Shown here piece after piece: positions 37,327 to 47,447 of a DNA stretch of 64,000 nt. The position numbers and the translations under genes were made by a program. Under the pieces are notes generated by a model. That model was not told the origin of the DNA and did not search any database. It saw only the letters and a program-made list of their open reading frames with translations. The stretch covers positions 1,786 to 65,785 of the forward strand of contig MWCB01000001.1 in the NCBI GenBank assembly GCA_002069815.1, read 5' to 3'. This stretch comes from Tenericutes bacterium ADurb.Bin239. Lineage in GTDB: Bacteria > Bacillota_I > Bacilli_A > RFN20 > CAG-826. Position 1 is the first letter of the stretch; each line of letters begins with the position of its first letter.

Positions 37327-38693
37327 AAGCGTTTAATCTCAGATTCAAAAATAGGATTTAATTCATCGTTAAATCGTAAAAATATTGTGTTAAATTTACG
37401 GGCAATTACTTGACCAGGGAATACCCCTTTTTTAATATTATAAATCGGTGTAAATAATACTTCTCCATCAACTTTTTTTGCCAAAAATAAAGATAACATT
37501 CCCGCAAATTCTAACACGTTTTTTGAGGGGCTTTCGTCCCTAATAATTATATGAGAACCAGGCATGTTTTTAATGTGCATAAAAATGTCAGTTTTCTTAG
37601 CAATTTTAAAAGTTAAATAATCATTTTGCTTGTTGTTTTTACCGAATAAAATATCAATATTTTCGTGTGATATCACATACGGATTAAGCTTAGAAATGAC
37701 TTGACGCTTATCCCGTCTTTTGAATAGATTTAGTTCTTCGTAAATTTGATAAATTTCGCCAGCATCGTTTAGATTTTGAAGATGACTTTCAATGCTTTCT
37801 AGATAATTAATCCGCTCCCGTGTTTGATTTATTTTCTGGTTTAATATTTCTTCTGATTTTTTAATTTTTTTAGCTCTTTTAAATAGTATTTCGGCATTTT
37901 TTAAAGCATCAAATCGGGGGTCAACTTCAATATTTTCGTCATTGATTTGCACGAAATAGCCGGAAATTGCCGGTTTATATGTCAATAATAGGTTTGCATT
38001 GTAATATAAGGACGGTAAATCTGTTATCTTCTCTAAGTCTTTCTCAAAGTTCTTGATTAAGCGCTTTAAACGTTTAATATTTGTTTCTAAATATACATAT
38101 AAATCACGAAAATTTTGCTTTTTTATTCGATCCGCATTCTCTCCTAAATAGTTGTTTAGATAGTCCTTTGTTGTGCTCTTTTTGGAAGTATCAAAATCGC
38201 CTTTTTCAGGTAGTGAGTATTTGTTTCCCGCTCGAATAAAACGACCGTCTTTTTCGCGTTCTTGATGATACCGATATGCCGTTAAAATACGGTTGTTATT
38301 ATCGACTAAAACAGCTTGGGGATGACGCGGAATAAATTCAATGAAAAGTGTCATTTTTTCTTTCTCTAAAATATTATTTCTCAGCTCAAAAATTAAGGCT
38401 AAAATCATGTCATTATTTGGTTGTTCTAGTGCCACTAATTTGCCACCTAGAAATCGTCGCAAATTAATGGCGAAACTATGTAGTTCTCCTCCTTGTGGAA
38501 AGTTTTTTAAGTCAGCGTTAAAGACGAGAAACGGGGTGTGATTATTTAGAGAAATAAAAAGGTTTTGTCCGTGACTAAAATCAAAGACAAAATCAACTAG
38601 ACTGAGTTGTCGAATTCGTTCAAGGTATAGTCCGGAAAAATGCTTATTTGCATTTAATAAGTCACGTAAATCACTTGGATATAGTCTTTGCAT
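37317..38693 (-). CDS. NFACT-family protein (FbpA/RqcH-like, short form)
   Basis: 458 aa with an NFACT-N-like N-terminus, a central coiled coil and a C-terminal NFACT-R/DUF814 motif (FMHIKNMPGSHIIIRD). Confidence 0.7.
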   Translation of the reverse strand: MQRLYPSDLRDLLNANKHFSGLYLERIRQLSLVDFVFDFSHGQNLFISLNNHTPFLVFNADLKNFPQGGELHSFAINLRRFLGGKLVALEQPNNDMILALIFELRNNILEKEKMTLFIEFIPRHPQAVLVDNNNRILTAYRYHQEREKDGRFIRAGNKYSLPEKGDFDTSKKSTTKDYLNNYLGENADRIKKQNFRDLYVYLETNIKRLKRLIKNFEKDLEKITDLPSLYYNANLLLTYKPAISGYFVQINDENIEVDPRFDALKNAEILFKRAKKIKKSEEILNQKINQTRERINYLESIESHLQNLNDAGEIYQIYEELNLFKRRDKRQVISKLNPYVISHENIDILFGKNNKQNDYLTFKIAKKTDIFMHIKNMPGSHIIIRDESPSKNVLEFAGMLSLFLAKKVDGEVLFTPIYNIKKGVFPGQVIARKFNTIFLRFNDELNPIFESEIKRFYK

Positions 38694-38770
38694 GTCTTTA
38701 TTCTACAACAAGTTTGTTATTTATTAATAAATAAGATACAATTTATTCAGTAAATTTATGGGAGAAAGGT

Positions 38771-39343
38771 ATGAAACAAGGCTTTATCGTTTTAATAAGT
38801 GGCCCTTCTGGAGTTGGAAAAGGCACAATTATTAATAGCCTTTTAGAAGATAAGTCGTTAAATTTAAAATTTAGTGTGTCGATGACCACTAGAAAGCCAC
38901 GGCCGAAGGAAAAACACGGGAAACACTATTTTTTTGTTACTCATGAAGAATTTGCCGCTAATTTAGCACGTGGTAATTTTTTAGAACACGCCATGTTCGT
39001 TGGTAATCGTTATGGCACTCCTCGTGATTATGTCGAAAAGTTATTAAAACAAGGGAAAAATGTTTTAATCGAAATTGAAGTGGAAGGCGCACGCCAATTA
39101 TTAAATAATGTTCCACCCGAAAGTGTTCTCTCATTGTATGTTACGCCCCCGTCGGTTGATGAACTTGTTCGACGTCTCCATCACCGCGGATCAGAAGACG
39201 AAACTACGATTCAAAAACGAGCGGAACGATTTAAAGAAGAGATTAAATACCAAAATCAATATCAATATACCATCATCAATGATGACTTAGAAACATGTAT
39301 TAACGAAATCAAAACCTTAATTAAGGAGAAGATGAACAAGTAA
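38771..39343 (+). CDS. gmk: Guanylate kinase
   Basis: 190 aa with GPSGVGKGT and TTRKPR motifs. Confidence 0.95.
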   Translation: MKQGFIVLISGPSGVGKGTIINSLLEDKSLNLKFSVSMTTRKPRPKEKHGKHYFFVTHEEFAANLARGNFLEHAMFVGNRYGTPRDYVEKLLKQGKNVLIEIEVEGARQLLNNVPPESVLSLYVTPPSVDELVRRLHHRGSEDETTIQKRAERFKEEIKYQNQYQYTIINDDLETCINEIKTLIKEKMNK

Positions 39344-39346
39344 CTT

Positions 39347-41536
39347 ATGCAAATTATTGAGGTTTTAACGCAATATTCTAAATTAAATCGCCCTTTTACA
39401 TATTTTTATGATGGCGACGATTTAGAAGTTGGGGTTCGTGTTCTCACTAATTTCAACAATCGAGAAATTGTTGGATATGTCACCAAAGTTTCTTCTACGG
39501 ATGAAACAATTGAAGCGGCAAGTAATAGATTAGGATATGAACTAGTCAAAATAACTAATGTTTTAGATGAAAAACCTTTATTGACGAACGAATTAATGGA
39601 ATTAAGTGATTATGTAACTTCATATTATTTAACAAATAAAATTAGTGTGTTAAACGCAATGCTGCCCCCTTCAATGCGACCAACTAAATCAAGTCTGCGC
39701 GCCCCTAAAATCGCGACGCAAAATAAGATTAGTTTCAATCCTAAATTTAAGGATTTTGAAGAGTTAACAACAAAGCAGACAGCGCTTTTAAATGAGATTA
39801 TTTCGCTCGGCAGTATTATGCAAACCTCCGCTAATCGTCATCTCATCGCCAAACTAATAGAAAAAGAAGCTGTGATTATTGAGGAAGTCGAAAAATATAG
39901 ACTTCAATATGATGATTATCCACAGGAAAAACCCCACGCCTTGACTCATGCACAAAAAGAAGCTGTTAAAACGATTTTAGCTGATGATAAAGAAACATTT
40001 TTACTTCATGGTATTACAGGCAGTGGTAAAACTGAAGTTTATTTGGCGCTTGCGGCACATTATTTAGCGCAAGATAAACAAGTTATTATGTTAGTGCCAG
40101 AAATTGCTCTTACGGGTACAATGCTGGCTAATTTTTACCGCCGTTTTGGAAAGAAAATTGCAATTCTCCATAGTGAATTAACACCTGCCGAAAAGTATGA
40201 TGAATATCGTCGTATCCGCGACGGAGAAGTTGATATAGTGGTGGGTGCGCGCAGCGCTGTTTTTGCTCCTTTGCACCAAATCGGACTCATTATATTAGAT
40301 GAAGAACATTCCGAATCATATAAACAAGATGTTGCTCCTTTTTATCATGCTATGACTGTGGCACAAATGCGCGCTAAAAATCACAGTGCAAAAATTGTTG
40401 TGGGTAGCGCGACACCAAGCATTGAAACAATGGCAAGAGCTAAAAAAGAGGTTTATGGCTATTATTTTCTTAGTGAACGCATTAACTTACAACCTTTACC
40501 TGAAACAACAATTGTTAATATGTTAGATTATAAAAATATAACATCAACATCCCCGTATATTTCTAAACTATTAGCAAGTGAAATAAAGAAATCGCTTGAT
40601 GAAAAAACACAAGTAATCTTGCTTGTTAATAGACGCGGATATGCAACCTATGTTAGTTGTCGTGAATGTGGTACACCCAAAAAGTGCCCGACCTGTGCGA
40701 TATCTTTAACTTACCATAAAGTGGACCATACCCTAAAGTGCCATCACTGTGGCCTTTCTTTCCCAGTTAAGGGTCCTTGTGAAAAATGTGGGGGCACCAA
40801 CTTTTCGTATGCTGGTTTTGCAACGCAGAAAGCGGAAGAAGATATTAGGAATATGTTTCCTGATGCTCGCATCTTACGGCTTGATAGTGATGTGAGTCGT
40901 CGTGATAAAACGCCCCAAGTTGTGCTTAATAAATTTATGAAACATGAAGCTGATATTTTAATCGGTACCCAAATGGTATCCAAGGGTCATGACTTCCCGC
41001 TTGTTAGTCTGGTCGGTGTCATTGGTACTGATGCAAGCCTAGCAATACCTTCGTTTAGAAGTAGCGAGCGAACTTTCCAATTAATTACGCAAGCGATTGG
41101 AAGATCAGGTCGAGAGAAAATTAAAGGAAAAGCGATTATCCAAACAATGTTACCCGATCATTATGTTATTCAACATGCGAAAAATCAAGATTATTTTGCA
41201 TTCTACGATATGGAATTACGTCAACGTTATTTTACTCTTAATCCCCCGTTCTATTTCTTGTTATCAATTGCAATGAGTCATCAAAATGAAAAAACAGTCC
41301 GTAATACTATTGAAATTTTGAAGCACAATTTGATTGATGCACTTGGAGAAGATGCATACGTTATTGGGCCAACGGCTACTTTTTATCCAGCAAGCGGTAA
41401 GACTTATAACGAAACGCTTATTGTTCGATATAAGAATTATTTCAAAATAAAGCCAGTTTTATTGCAAACATTAAGTCCATTTAAGGAGCAATCATCCTTA
41501 TATGTGCATATAAATGTTGACCCATATGATATTTAG
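39347..41536 (+). CDS. priA: Primosomal protein N' (replication restart helicase PriA)
   Basis: 729 aa with GITGSGKTE, ILDEEH and a Cys-rich zinc insert (CRECG..CPTC...CHHCG...CEKCG). Confidence 0.95.
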   Translation: MQIIEVLTQYSKLNRPFTYFYDGDDLEVGVRVLTNFNNREIVGYVTKVSSTDETIEAASNRLGYELVKITNVLDEKPLLTNELMELSDYVTSYYLTNKISVLNAMLPPSMRPTKSSLRAPKIATQNKISFNPKFKDFEELTTKQTALLNEIISLGSIMQTSANRHLIAKLIEKEAVIIEEVEKYRLQYDDYPQEKPHALTHAQKEAVKTILADDKETFLLHGITGSGKTEVYLALAAHYLAQDKQVIMLVPEIALTGTMLANFYRRFGKKIAILHSELTPAEKYDEYRRIRDGEVDIVVGARSAVFAPLHQIGLIILDEEHSESYKQDVAPFYHAMTVAQMRAKNHSAKIVVGSATPSIETMARAKKEVYGYYFLSERINLQPLPETTIVNMLDYKNITSTSPYISKLLASEIKKSLDEKTQVILLVNRRGYATYVSCRECGTPKKCPTCAISLTYHKVDHTLKCHHCGLSFPVKGPCEKCGGTNFSYAGFATQKAEEDIRNMFPDARILRLDSDVSRRDKTPQVVLNKFMKHEADILIGTQMVSKGHDFPLVSLVGVIGTDASLAIPSFRSSERTFQLITQAIGRSGREKIKGKAIIQTMLPDHYVIQHAKNQDYFAFYDMELRQRYFTLNPPFYFLLSIAMSHQNEKTVRNTIEILKHNLIDALGEDAYVIGPTATFYPASGKTYNETLIVRYKNYFKIKPVLLQTLSPFKEQSSLYVHINVDPYDI

Positions 41537-41550
41537 AAAGGAATGAAGTT

Positions 41551-41982
41551 ATGGTTATTATTAAAATTTATTCACAAGACGTATATGTTGCTGCTGAAAT
41601 TAGCGTCAAACACGCCGCCGAAATTGCCAAAGTCTTAGATCTTCAGAAAGAAGATATATTTATTATTGGTAGCGATGGTGCTTTAATTGCTGAGGGCGTA
41701 GATCAAGTAAGTTGGTTTACTTACCTTGAAGTAACTCTTCCGTCCGAATTAGTGCACAAACAAGATGCTCTTAGTAAAGTATTGCTTGAAGTTTTCACTA
41801 ATTATGGTGTTCATCTTATGATTAAATACGATTACGTGCCGAAAACCAATTTAGTGAAGATTTTAAACCCTGAATTTAAAGTTTTTAATGAAACAATGGT
41901 TGAAGTATTCACACATGGTAATTACTACGACGATGAGAATGATGATTGGGATGATGACTGGGATGATGAAGAAGGAGACTAA
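41551..41982 (+). CDS. Small hypothetical protein (tautomerase-fold/DUF1904-like?) with an acidic Trp-containing C-terminal tail
   Basis: 143 aa, 14 nt after priA. The C-terminus is YYDDENDDWDDDWDDEEGD. Confidence 0.55.
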   Translation: MVIIKIYSQDVYVAAEISVKHAAEIAKVLDLQKEDIFIIGSDGALIAEGVDQVSWFTYLEVTLPSELVHKQDALSKVLLEVFTNYGVHLMIKYDYVPKTNLVKILNPEFKVFNETMVEVFTHGNYYDDENDDWDDDWDDEEGD

Positions 41983-42036
41983 TTTTCTAATTAATTAGAA
42001 ACACTATGCAAAAGGGTGGTATACTAATATAGGTAG

Positions 42037-43260
42037 GTGGTTATGATAAAACACATTTTAGACACAACAGAACAAATTATTGAAGGAAGTCTTGCTTATC
42101 AACAATTTAGCAAAGATTTAAAGCAAGATAACAATTATTCGCAAGCCGAAAAACATCAAATTCGAACGCTTGTAAATGCACTTTTAAATCGCTATTTCCG
42201 TTATTTTTATTCTTTAACCGAAGGTGAAGAAACAACATTATCACGGCATGACGTACTAGCGTTAAGTCTTTTTAGTTTTAACCGTGAGAAAAAAGTAATG
42301 GATCTAACTTATGAAGATTTCCTCGCCTCCTTACCAAGTGAAACCCAAGTGAAATTTGAGGAAGCCTATCCTGATACTTTTTTCCCAATTAAAATTCCAA
42401 AGCACTTCCATAGTGAAAACCCCGCTCTTTCGTTAGCGGCGCGCTTTAGTGTTCCATTGCCGCTTGTTGAACAATTAATTTCTGATATTGGGCACAAGAA
42501 CTTATTGAAGTTTTTTACCAATCGATATCGCGAAACTTATGGGCTTATTAATCATCAAGTGATTACTGATGATGAATTTTTTGCCAAAATGCCCCTTTTT
42601 GTTCGCGGGTTAAATGCTGGTGAATTTGAATATAAGGGCAAGGATTACATTAAAAAGTCCCCAGCCTACAATAATAATGAGATTGTAATTGCGAGCCAAA
42701 CGCTCTTAGATGTAGTGAATCTCATTGAAAGTACGAAGCCTAAATCCTTACTTTTCGTTCAATATGAAGACACTTCTTTAATGTTAGTGCTTGCTCTTAA
42801 GTATCCCGAAATTAATATCCATTTCTATAAAGAAGATACTCGTTCGCGATTCATCGTGCGTCATTTAGTAAAAAAGTTTGCATTGCAAAATGTTTCTTAT
42901 ATTGACAAAATCACGCAAACATATGACTTTGTTTTGACAACTCTCGAAAGTTCCAACATTAATGGTGATGTTCGCCATCGCGATTTCTATTTCCGGCTTC
43001 CCGAAAACTTACAATTTTATGCTGCGCGAAGTCGTGAAGAGCTCGAAGAATTGAAAGAGTATGTGGATGAAGACGGTCACTTAATGTTTATTACGACAAC
43101 GGTCTTACGCTTTGAAACACACTTACAAGCGGTTGCTTTTGTCCGTGATTTTCCCGAATTTGAATTAAAACAAGAAAAACAATATTTCCATTTTGTCACA
43201 AACAATGAAACACTCTACTATGCCCTTCTAAAGAAAGGTGCCCATGGCGAAGAAGCTTAA
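42037..43260 (+). CDS. Degenerate RsmB/Sun-like protein (catalytic and SAM-binding motifs lost)
   Basis: 407 aa in the syntenic rsmB slot before rlmN. DFVLTTLESSNINGDVRHRDFYFR aligns by eye to D.vLlDaPCSg.G..rr.Pd, and FITTTVLRFETH to YsTCs...EN. Both catalytic Cys and the AAPGGK motif are absent. Confidence 0.55.
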   Translation: MVMIKHILDTTEQIIEGSLAYQQFSKDLKQDNNYSQAEKHQIRTLVNALLNRYFRYFYSLTEGEETTLSRHDVLALSLFSFNREKKVMDLTYEDFLASLPSETQVKFEEAYPDTFFPIKIPKHFHSENPALSLAARFSVPLPLVEQLISDIGHKNLLKFFTNRYRETYGLINHQVITDDEFFAKMPLFVRGLNAGEFEYKGKDYIKKSPAYNNNEIVIASQTLLDVVNLIESTKPKSLLFVQYEDTSLMLVLALKYPEINIHFYKEDTRSRFIVRHLVKKFALQNVSYIDKITQTYDFVLTTLESSNINGDVRHRDFYFRLPENLQFYAARSREELEELKEYVDEDGHLMFITTTVLRFETHLQAVAFVRDFPEFELKQEKQYFHFVTNNETLYYALLKKGAHGEEA

Positions 43261-44308
43261 TTTCTATGATTATTCACTACCTAAACTCCAAACTTTTCTC
43301 GTGGAACAGGGGTTTAAAAAATATAGCGCCACGCAAATGTTTGAGTGGGTCTATTTAAAAGACGAATTAGACTTTCAGAATATGACCAACTTAGCACTGC
43401 TTACTCGTGATTATATGATCGCTAATTTTACTTTTGAATTACCTACTGTTAGTGAAATTCAAGAAAGTAAAGATGGTACTGTTAAATTTCTATTGAAGTT
43501 AGGCGACAACTCCCTCATTGAAACGGTTCTTATGCGCTATCGTTATGGGAATGTTGTCTGTGTTACCACGCAAGTTGGTTGTAATATGGGATGCCGTTTC
43601 TGTGCATCGGGCCTCCTTAAGAAAAAGCGCGACCTAACACCTGGTGAAATGCTTGGGCAAGTCTTAATAGTCAATAACTATTTAAAAGAGCGAGCCGAAC
43701 CTAGGCATACTACCCATGCTGTGCTTATGGGTATTGGTGAACCATTTGATAATTTTACTAACATTATTGACTTTATCGACTTATTAAATAACCCAAAATC
43801 ATTAGCGATTGGGGCTCGTCATATTACTGTTTCCACCTGTGGTATTGTCCCTAAAATTAAAGAGTTTGCCGATCTAAAATTGCAAGTTAAATTGGCAATT
43901 TCATTGCACGCTGCTATTGATGAAAAACGTAATAAAATAATGCCGATTAACAAAGCTTATCCTTTAAAAGAAGTCATTTCTGCTGTAAAATATTACGAAA
44001 GTAAGACTAATAAGCGAGTAACATACGAATATATTATGTTAGATGATTTTAATGATAGTCTTGAAGACGCCCAAGCCCTTGTTCGTCTTATAAAAGGGAC
44101 TAATGGCTTTGTTAATTTAATAGCGTATAATCCGATTGCTGAATTTGATTATAAACCAGCGGTCCGTGACCATGTTTATGTTTTTGCTAACGCCCTTAAA
44201 AAAATGGGAGTACAAACCACGATCCGGAAAGATTTTGGTAATGATATTGATGCCGCTTGTGGTCAACTGCGGGCGAAAATGGAGAAGAAAAATGGCCACG
44301 ACCGTTAA
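43238..44308 (+). CDS. rlmN: 23S rRNA/tRNA adenine-C2 methyltransferase RlmN (radical SAM)
   Basis: 356 aa with the CNMGCRFCASG radical-SAM cluster motif, GIGEP and C-terminal AACGQL. The start may instead be the ATG at 43244. Confidence 0.9.
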   Translation: MPMAKKLNFYDYSLPKLQTFLVEQGFKKYSATQMFEWVYLKDELDFQNMTNLALLTRDYMIANFTFELPTVSEIQESKDGTVKFLLKLGDNSLIETVLMRYRYGNVVCVTTQVGCNMGCRFCASGLLKKKRDLTPGEMLGQVLIVNNYLKERAEPRHTTHAVLMGIGEPFDNFTNIIDFIDLLNNPKSLAIGARHITVSTCGIVPKIKEFADLKLQVKLAISLHAAIDEKRNKIMPINKAYPLKEVISAVKYYESKTNKRVTYEYIMLDDFNDSLEDAQALVRLIKGTNGFVNLIAYNPIAEFDYKPAVRDHVYVFANALKKMGVQTTIRKDFGNDIDAACGQLRAKMEKKNGHDR

Positions 44309-45044
44309 AGGAACATTTGCGGCGAAAAGTGATCGCGGTTTAGTCCGCCTTCATAATGAAGATCGTGCGGCCGTCCTCTTAAACCAAAAGGGTGATTTGC
44401 TTTTTGTTGTTTGCGATGGTCTTGGTGGTCATAATAAAGGAGACTTTGCTTCTAAACTAGCGATTGATATGCTGATGACGGCCTTTGCGAATAATCGCGG
44501 GTTTTTGACGACGAATAGTATTAAACGTTTCTTTAATAAAAATATTCGCGCTATTAATAAAGCTATCTTTGAGGAAAGCATTTTAGCTGAAGATATGAGC
44601 AATATGTCCACGACCCTTAATGCGGTGGTATTAACCCGTTCAAAGCTTTGTAATGTTAATATTGGTGATAGTCGCTTCTATTTATGTACAGACGATGATA
44701 TGTACTTAATGAGTGAAGACCAAACGGTGGTTGGTTATCTTGTTCGTACTAGACAAATCACCCCCGAAGAAGCATTAATCCATCCGAAACGTCATATCTT
44801 GACCAATGCGCTTGGCACAATGCCAACGGTTACTTTTGACTTTCGGAAGTTTCAATATCGGGGGGAACGTATTTTAGTGTGTAGTGATGGTCTTTACAAT
44901 ATGCTCGATAGCGAAGACATCTTAGGGATATTAAGGACAACACAAACCGTAGAATTTAAAGTAGACGCACTCGTCGCGCTCGCTAATCATCGCGGGGGAG
45001 CCGACAATATTGGAGTTGCATTATGGGAGCCAGACAATGATTAG
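44292..45044 (+). CDS. prpC: PP2C-family Ser/Thr protein phosphatase (PrpC/Stp)
   Basis: Start re-picked at MATTVKGTFAAKSDRG, giving 250 aa. Motifs are NED, VCDGLGGH, CSDGL and GGADN. Confidence 0.85.
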   Translation: MATTVKGTFAAKSDRGLVRLHNEDRAAVLLNQKGDLLFVVCDGLGGHNKGDFASKLAIDMLMTAFANNRGFLTTNSIKRFFNKNIRAINKAIFEESILAEDMSNMSTTLNAVVLTRSKLCNVNIGDSRFYLCTDDDMYLMSEDQTVVGYLVRTRQITPEEALIHPKRHILTNALGTMPTVTFDFRKFQYRGERILVCSDGLYNMLDSEDILGILRTTQTVEFKVDALVALANHRGGADNIGVALWEPDND

Positions 45045-45924
45045 AATAGGTGATTTAATAGACAATCGTTATCGGATTGTAAGCTTGCTTGGTGAAGGCG
45101 GGATGGGCACGGTTTATGAAGCTGTTGATATTATTACAAAACGAAATGTAGCGCTTAAATTTTTAAAGGCGAATGTTGCGCGCGATAAGGTAAATCTCGC
45201 TCGTTTTGAAATTGAAGCAAAAGCGACCGCGACATTAAATCATCCCAATATTGTTCGCGTTATCAGTGTTGGAAAATATGAAAACTTACCATATATGGTT
45301 AACGAATTAATCATTGGAAATAATTTAGAAGATGAACTACAATCCCGGGGTCGATACACCTTTTTAGAGGCTGCTGATATTATTGATCAACTGTGTAATG
45401 CCGTCAGTTTAGCGCATAAAAACGGAGTAATTCACCGTGATATTAAACCAAGTAATATTTATATAACCAAAGAAGGTCTTGTTAAACTCGGTGACTTTGG
45501 CATTGCTCGCTATAGTGATTCTAAGCGCGTGACAAGTAACACTAATATTGTGGGAAGTGCTCATTACTTAGCGCCCGAAGTATGCCGTGGTGGGGAAGCT
45601 TCACCCCGCAGTGATATTTATGCACTTGGTATTAATTTCTTTGAATTAATTACGGGACATGTTCCTTTCGATGGTGATTCAAATGTGGCCATTGCCGTTA
45701 AACAAATCAAGGAAAAATTCCCGAGCCCGCGTAAGTATGTAAAGAATACACCGAAAGCTATTGAAAAAATTATTAAAAAATGTTGTAAGAAAAATCCGCG
45801 TGATCGTTACCAAGATGTAGCAGCGCTGCAAGAAGATATATCAAAACTAAAGATAAATCCAAAATTATTAAAGCCGCGGCAATCGATTTGGGTCCGTTGG
45901 TTTGGATTTGTAGCTGAGGATTAG
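45037..45924 (+). CDS. prkC: Hanks-type Ser/Thr protein kinase, kinase domain only (no TM or PASTA region)
   Basis: Start re-picked at MIRIGDLIDNRYRI, giving 295 aa with an ATGA overlap onto prpC. Motifs are GEGGMGTVYEA, VALK, HRDIKPSN, DFGIA and APE. Confidence 0.85.
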   Translation: MIRIGDLIDNRYRIVSLLGEGGMGTVYEAVDIITKRNVALKFLKANVARDKVNLARFEIEAKATATLNHPNIVRVISVGKYENLPYMVNELIIGNNLEDELQSRGRYTFLEAADIIDQLCNAVSLAHKNGVIHRDIKPSNIYITKEGLVKLGDFGIARYSDSKRVTSNTNIVGSAHYLAPEVCRGGEASPRSDIYALGINFFELITGHVPFDGDSNVAIAVKQIKEKFPSPRKYVKNTPKAIEKIIKKCCKKNPRDRYQDVAALQEDISKLKINPKLLKPRQSIWVRWFGFVAED

Positions 45925-46785
45925 ATGGCAGGACTTGTCATCAATAAACAAAAATCAAGTTTTATCGTCATGAAAGACGGCGAAACTTATGTGACAAAAC
46001 CAAGCGGTAACTTAATCAAGTCCCGGCAAATGATTTATGTTGGCGATTATGTTGAAATTGATACTGAAAATAATTTAATTAGTGAACTTTTACCCCGTCG
46101 TAATTTTTTAATTAGACCACCAATCGCTAATGTTGATATTGTGCTGATTGTTATGTCAATGGTGCAGCCCGACTTTAGTCTTTTTCTCGTCGAAAAGTTT
46201 TTAAGTTACGCTAATTTTGCGGAGATAAAACCAGTTGTCATCATTACAAAACAAGATAAATTAGCAACAGATGAACTTTTAAGTTCAATTCAAGCAAGTC
46301 TTGATAAATTAGCGGTTAAAAATTATGTGGTCAATAATAAAACAGGGGAAGGACTTGAAGATGTCCGTAAGTATTTGCACGGTAAAGTCGTAGCGCTTAT
46401 GGGTCAATCAGGAGTTGGCAAATCTAGTTTTATTAATGCTTTAACTGATTATGATCGGGAAGTGGGTAAGTTTTCGATAAATATCAACCGTGGTCGTCAT
46501 GTCACCAAAGAAGTAATAATGCTCCCTTTTAACGAAGGTTATCTCGTGGATACACCGGGCTTTAGTGCGTTTGAATTGCCGCTTACCAAAGGTGATTTAG
46601 CTGAAAATTTTCCAGGGTTTAAAAAATATATTGGCACTTGCAAATTTAATGATTGTCTCCATATTAATGAGATTGGGTGCACGGTTAAAGAAGATGTCAA
46701 TGCCGGCTTAATTAGCGAAGAGAGTTACAATAACTATGTTACAATAAGTGGGGAATTGAAACTTTATAGTGAGGATTATAAATGA
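45925..46785 (+). CDS. rsgA: Ribosome small-subunit biogenesis GTPase RsgA (CpgA/YloQ)
   Basis: 286 aa with a circularly permuted GTPase (TKQDK ... GQSGVGKSS ... DTPGF) and a C-terminal zinc knuckle CKFNDCLHINEIGC. Confidence 0.9.
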   Translation: MAGLVINKQKSSFIVMKDGETYVTKPSGNLIKSRQMIYVGDYVEIDTENNLISELLPRRNFLIRPPIANVDIVLIVMSMVQPDFSLFLVEKFLSYANFAEIKPVVIITKQDKLATDELLSSIQASLDKLAVKNYVVNNKTGEGLEDVRKYLHGKVVALMGQSGVGKSSFINALTDYDREVGKFSININRGRHVTKEVIMLPFNEGYLVDTPGFSAFELPLTKGDLAENFPGFKKYIGTCKFNDCLHINEIGCTVKEDVNAGLISEESYNNYVTISGELKLYSEDYK

Positions 46786-47447
46786 GTAAGAAAGTTTATG
46801 TTGCGCCATCACTCCTAGCGGCTGATTTTAAAAATTTGCACAAAGAGATGCTAATTTTATTACAAAATCACGTTAAATATTTACATTTCGATGTAATGGA
46901 TGGACACTTTGTGCCAAATCTCTCATTTGGTATTCCACTTTTAGAAGCCCTTAAACCGCATTATGCTTTTATATATGATGTTCACTTAATGGTTGCTAAT
47001 CCTGAATTCATCGCTTTTAAGTTTGTTGAAGCGGGCGCTGATATAATTACCTTTCATGTGGAAGCGATGGAAAATGATAAAGCAATCCTTAAATTAATTA
47101 ACGATTTAAAAAAGGCAAAAGTTAAAGTGGGGATGAGTGTTAAACCAAATACCCCAGTTGAAACCTTGGCGCCGTATTTAAAACATTTAGATCTCGTTCT
47201 TATAATGTCAGTGGAACCAGGTTTTGGTGGTCAATCGTTTATGGAAAGTGCCCTTGTTAAAATTGCTTGGCTAAAGCAAGAACGGGATAAGGCTAACTAT
47301 CATTATGTTATCGAAGTAGATGGGGGTATCAATAATGAAACGGGGGCTTTTTGCCGCGCAGCGGGTGCCGATATTTTAGTTGCGGGCTCTTATCTATTTG
47401 GAAAAGATGATATTGCCGAAAGGATTTTGGAGCTAAGAGATGAATAA
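46782..47447 (+). CDS. rpe: Ribulose-phosphate 3-epimerase
   Basis: 221 aa with FDVMDGHFVPN, MSVEPGFGGQ and VDGGI motifs. Confidence 0.95.
   Translation: MSKKVYVAPSLLAADFKNLHKEMLILLQNHVKYLHFDVMDGHFVPNLSFGIPLLEALKPHYAFIYDVHLMVANPEFIAFKFVEAGADIITFHVEAMENDKAILKLINDLKKAKVKVGMSVKPNTPVETLAPYLKHLDLVLIMSVEPGFGGQSFMESALVKIAWLKQERDKANYHYVIEVDGGINNETGAFCRAAGADILVAGSYLFGKDDIAERILELRDE

Noticed and set aside
44136-44291. N-terminal extension of the PP2C phosphatase ORF, and similarly 45010-45036 for the kinase.
   Set aside because: The extensions lie inside the upstream genes (rlmN and prpC) and have no homology-like sequence. The conserved N-termini start at MATTVKG (44292) and MIRIGDL (45037).
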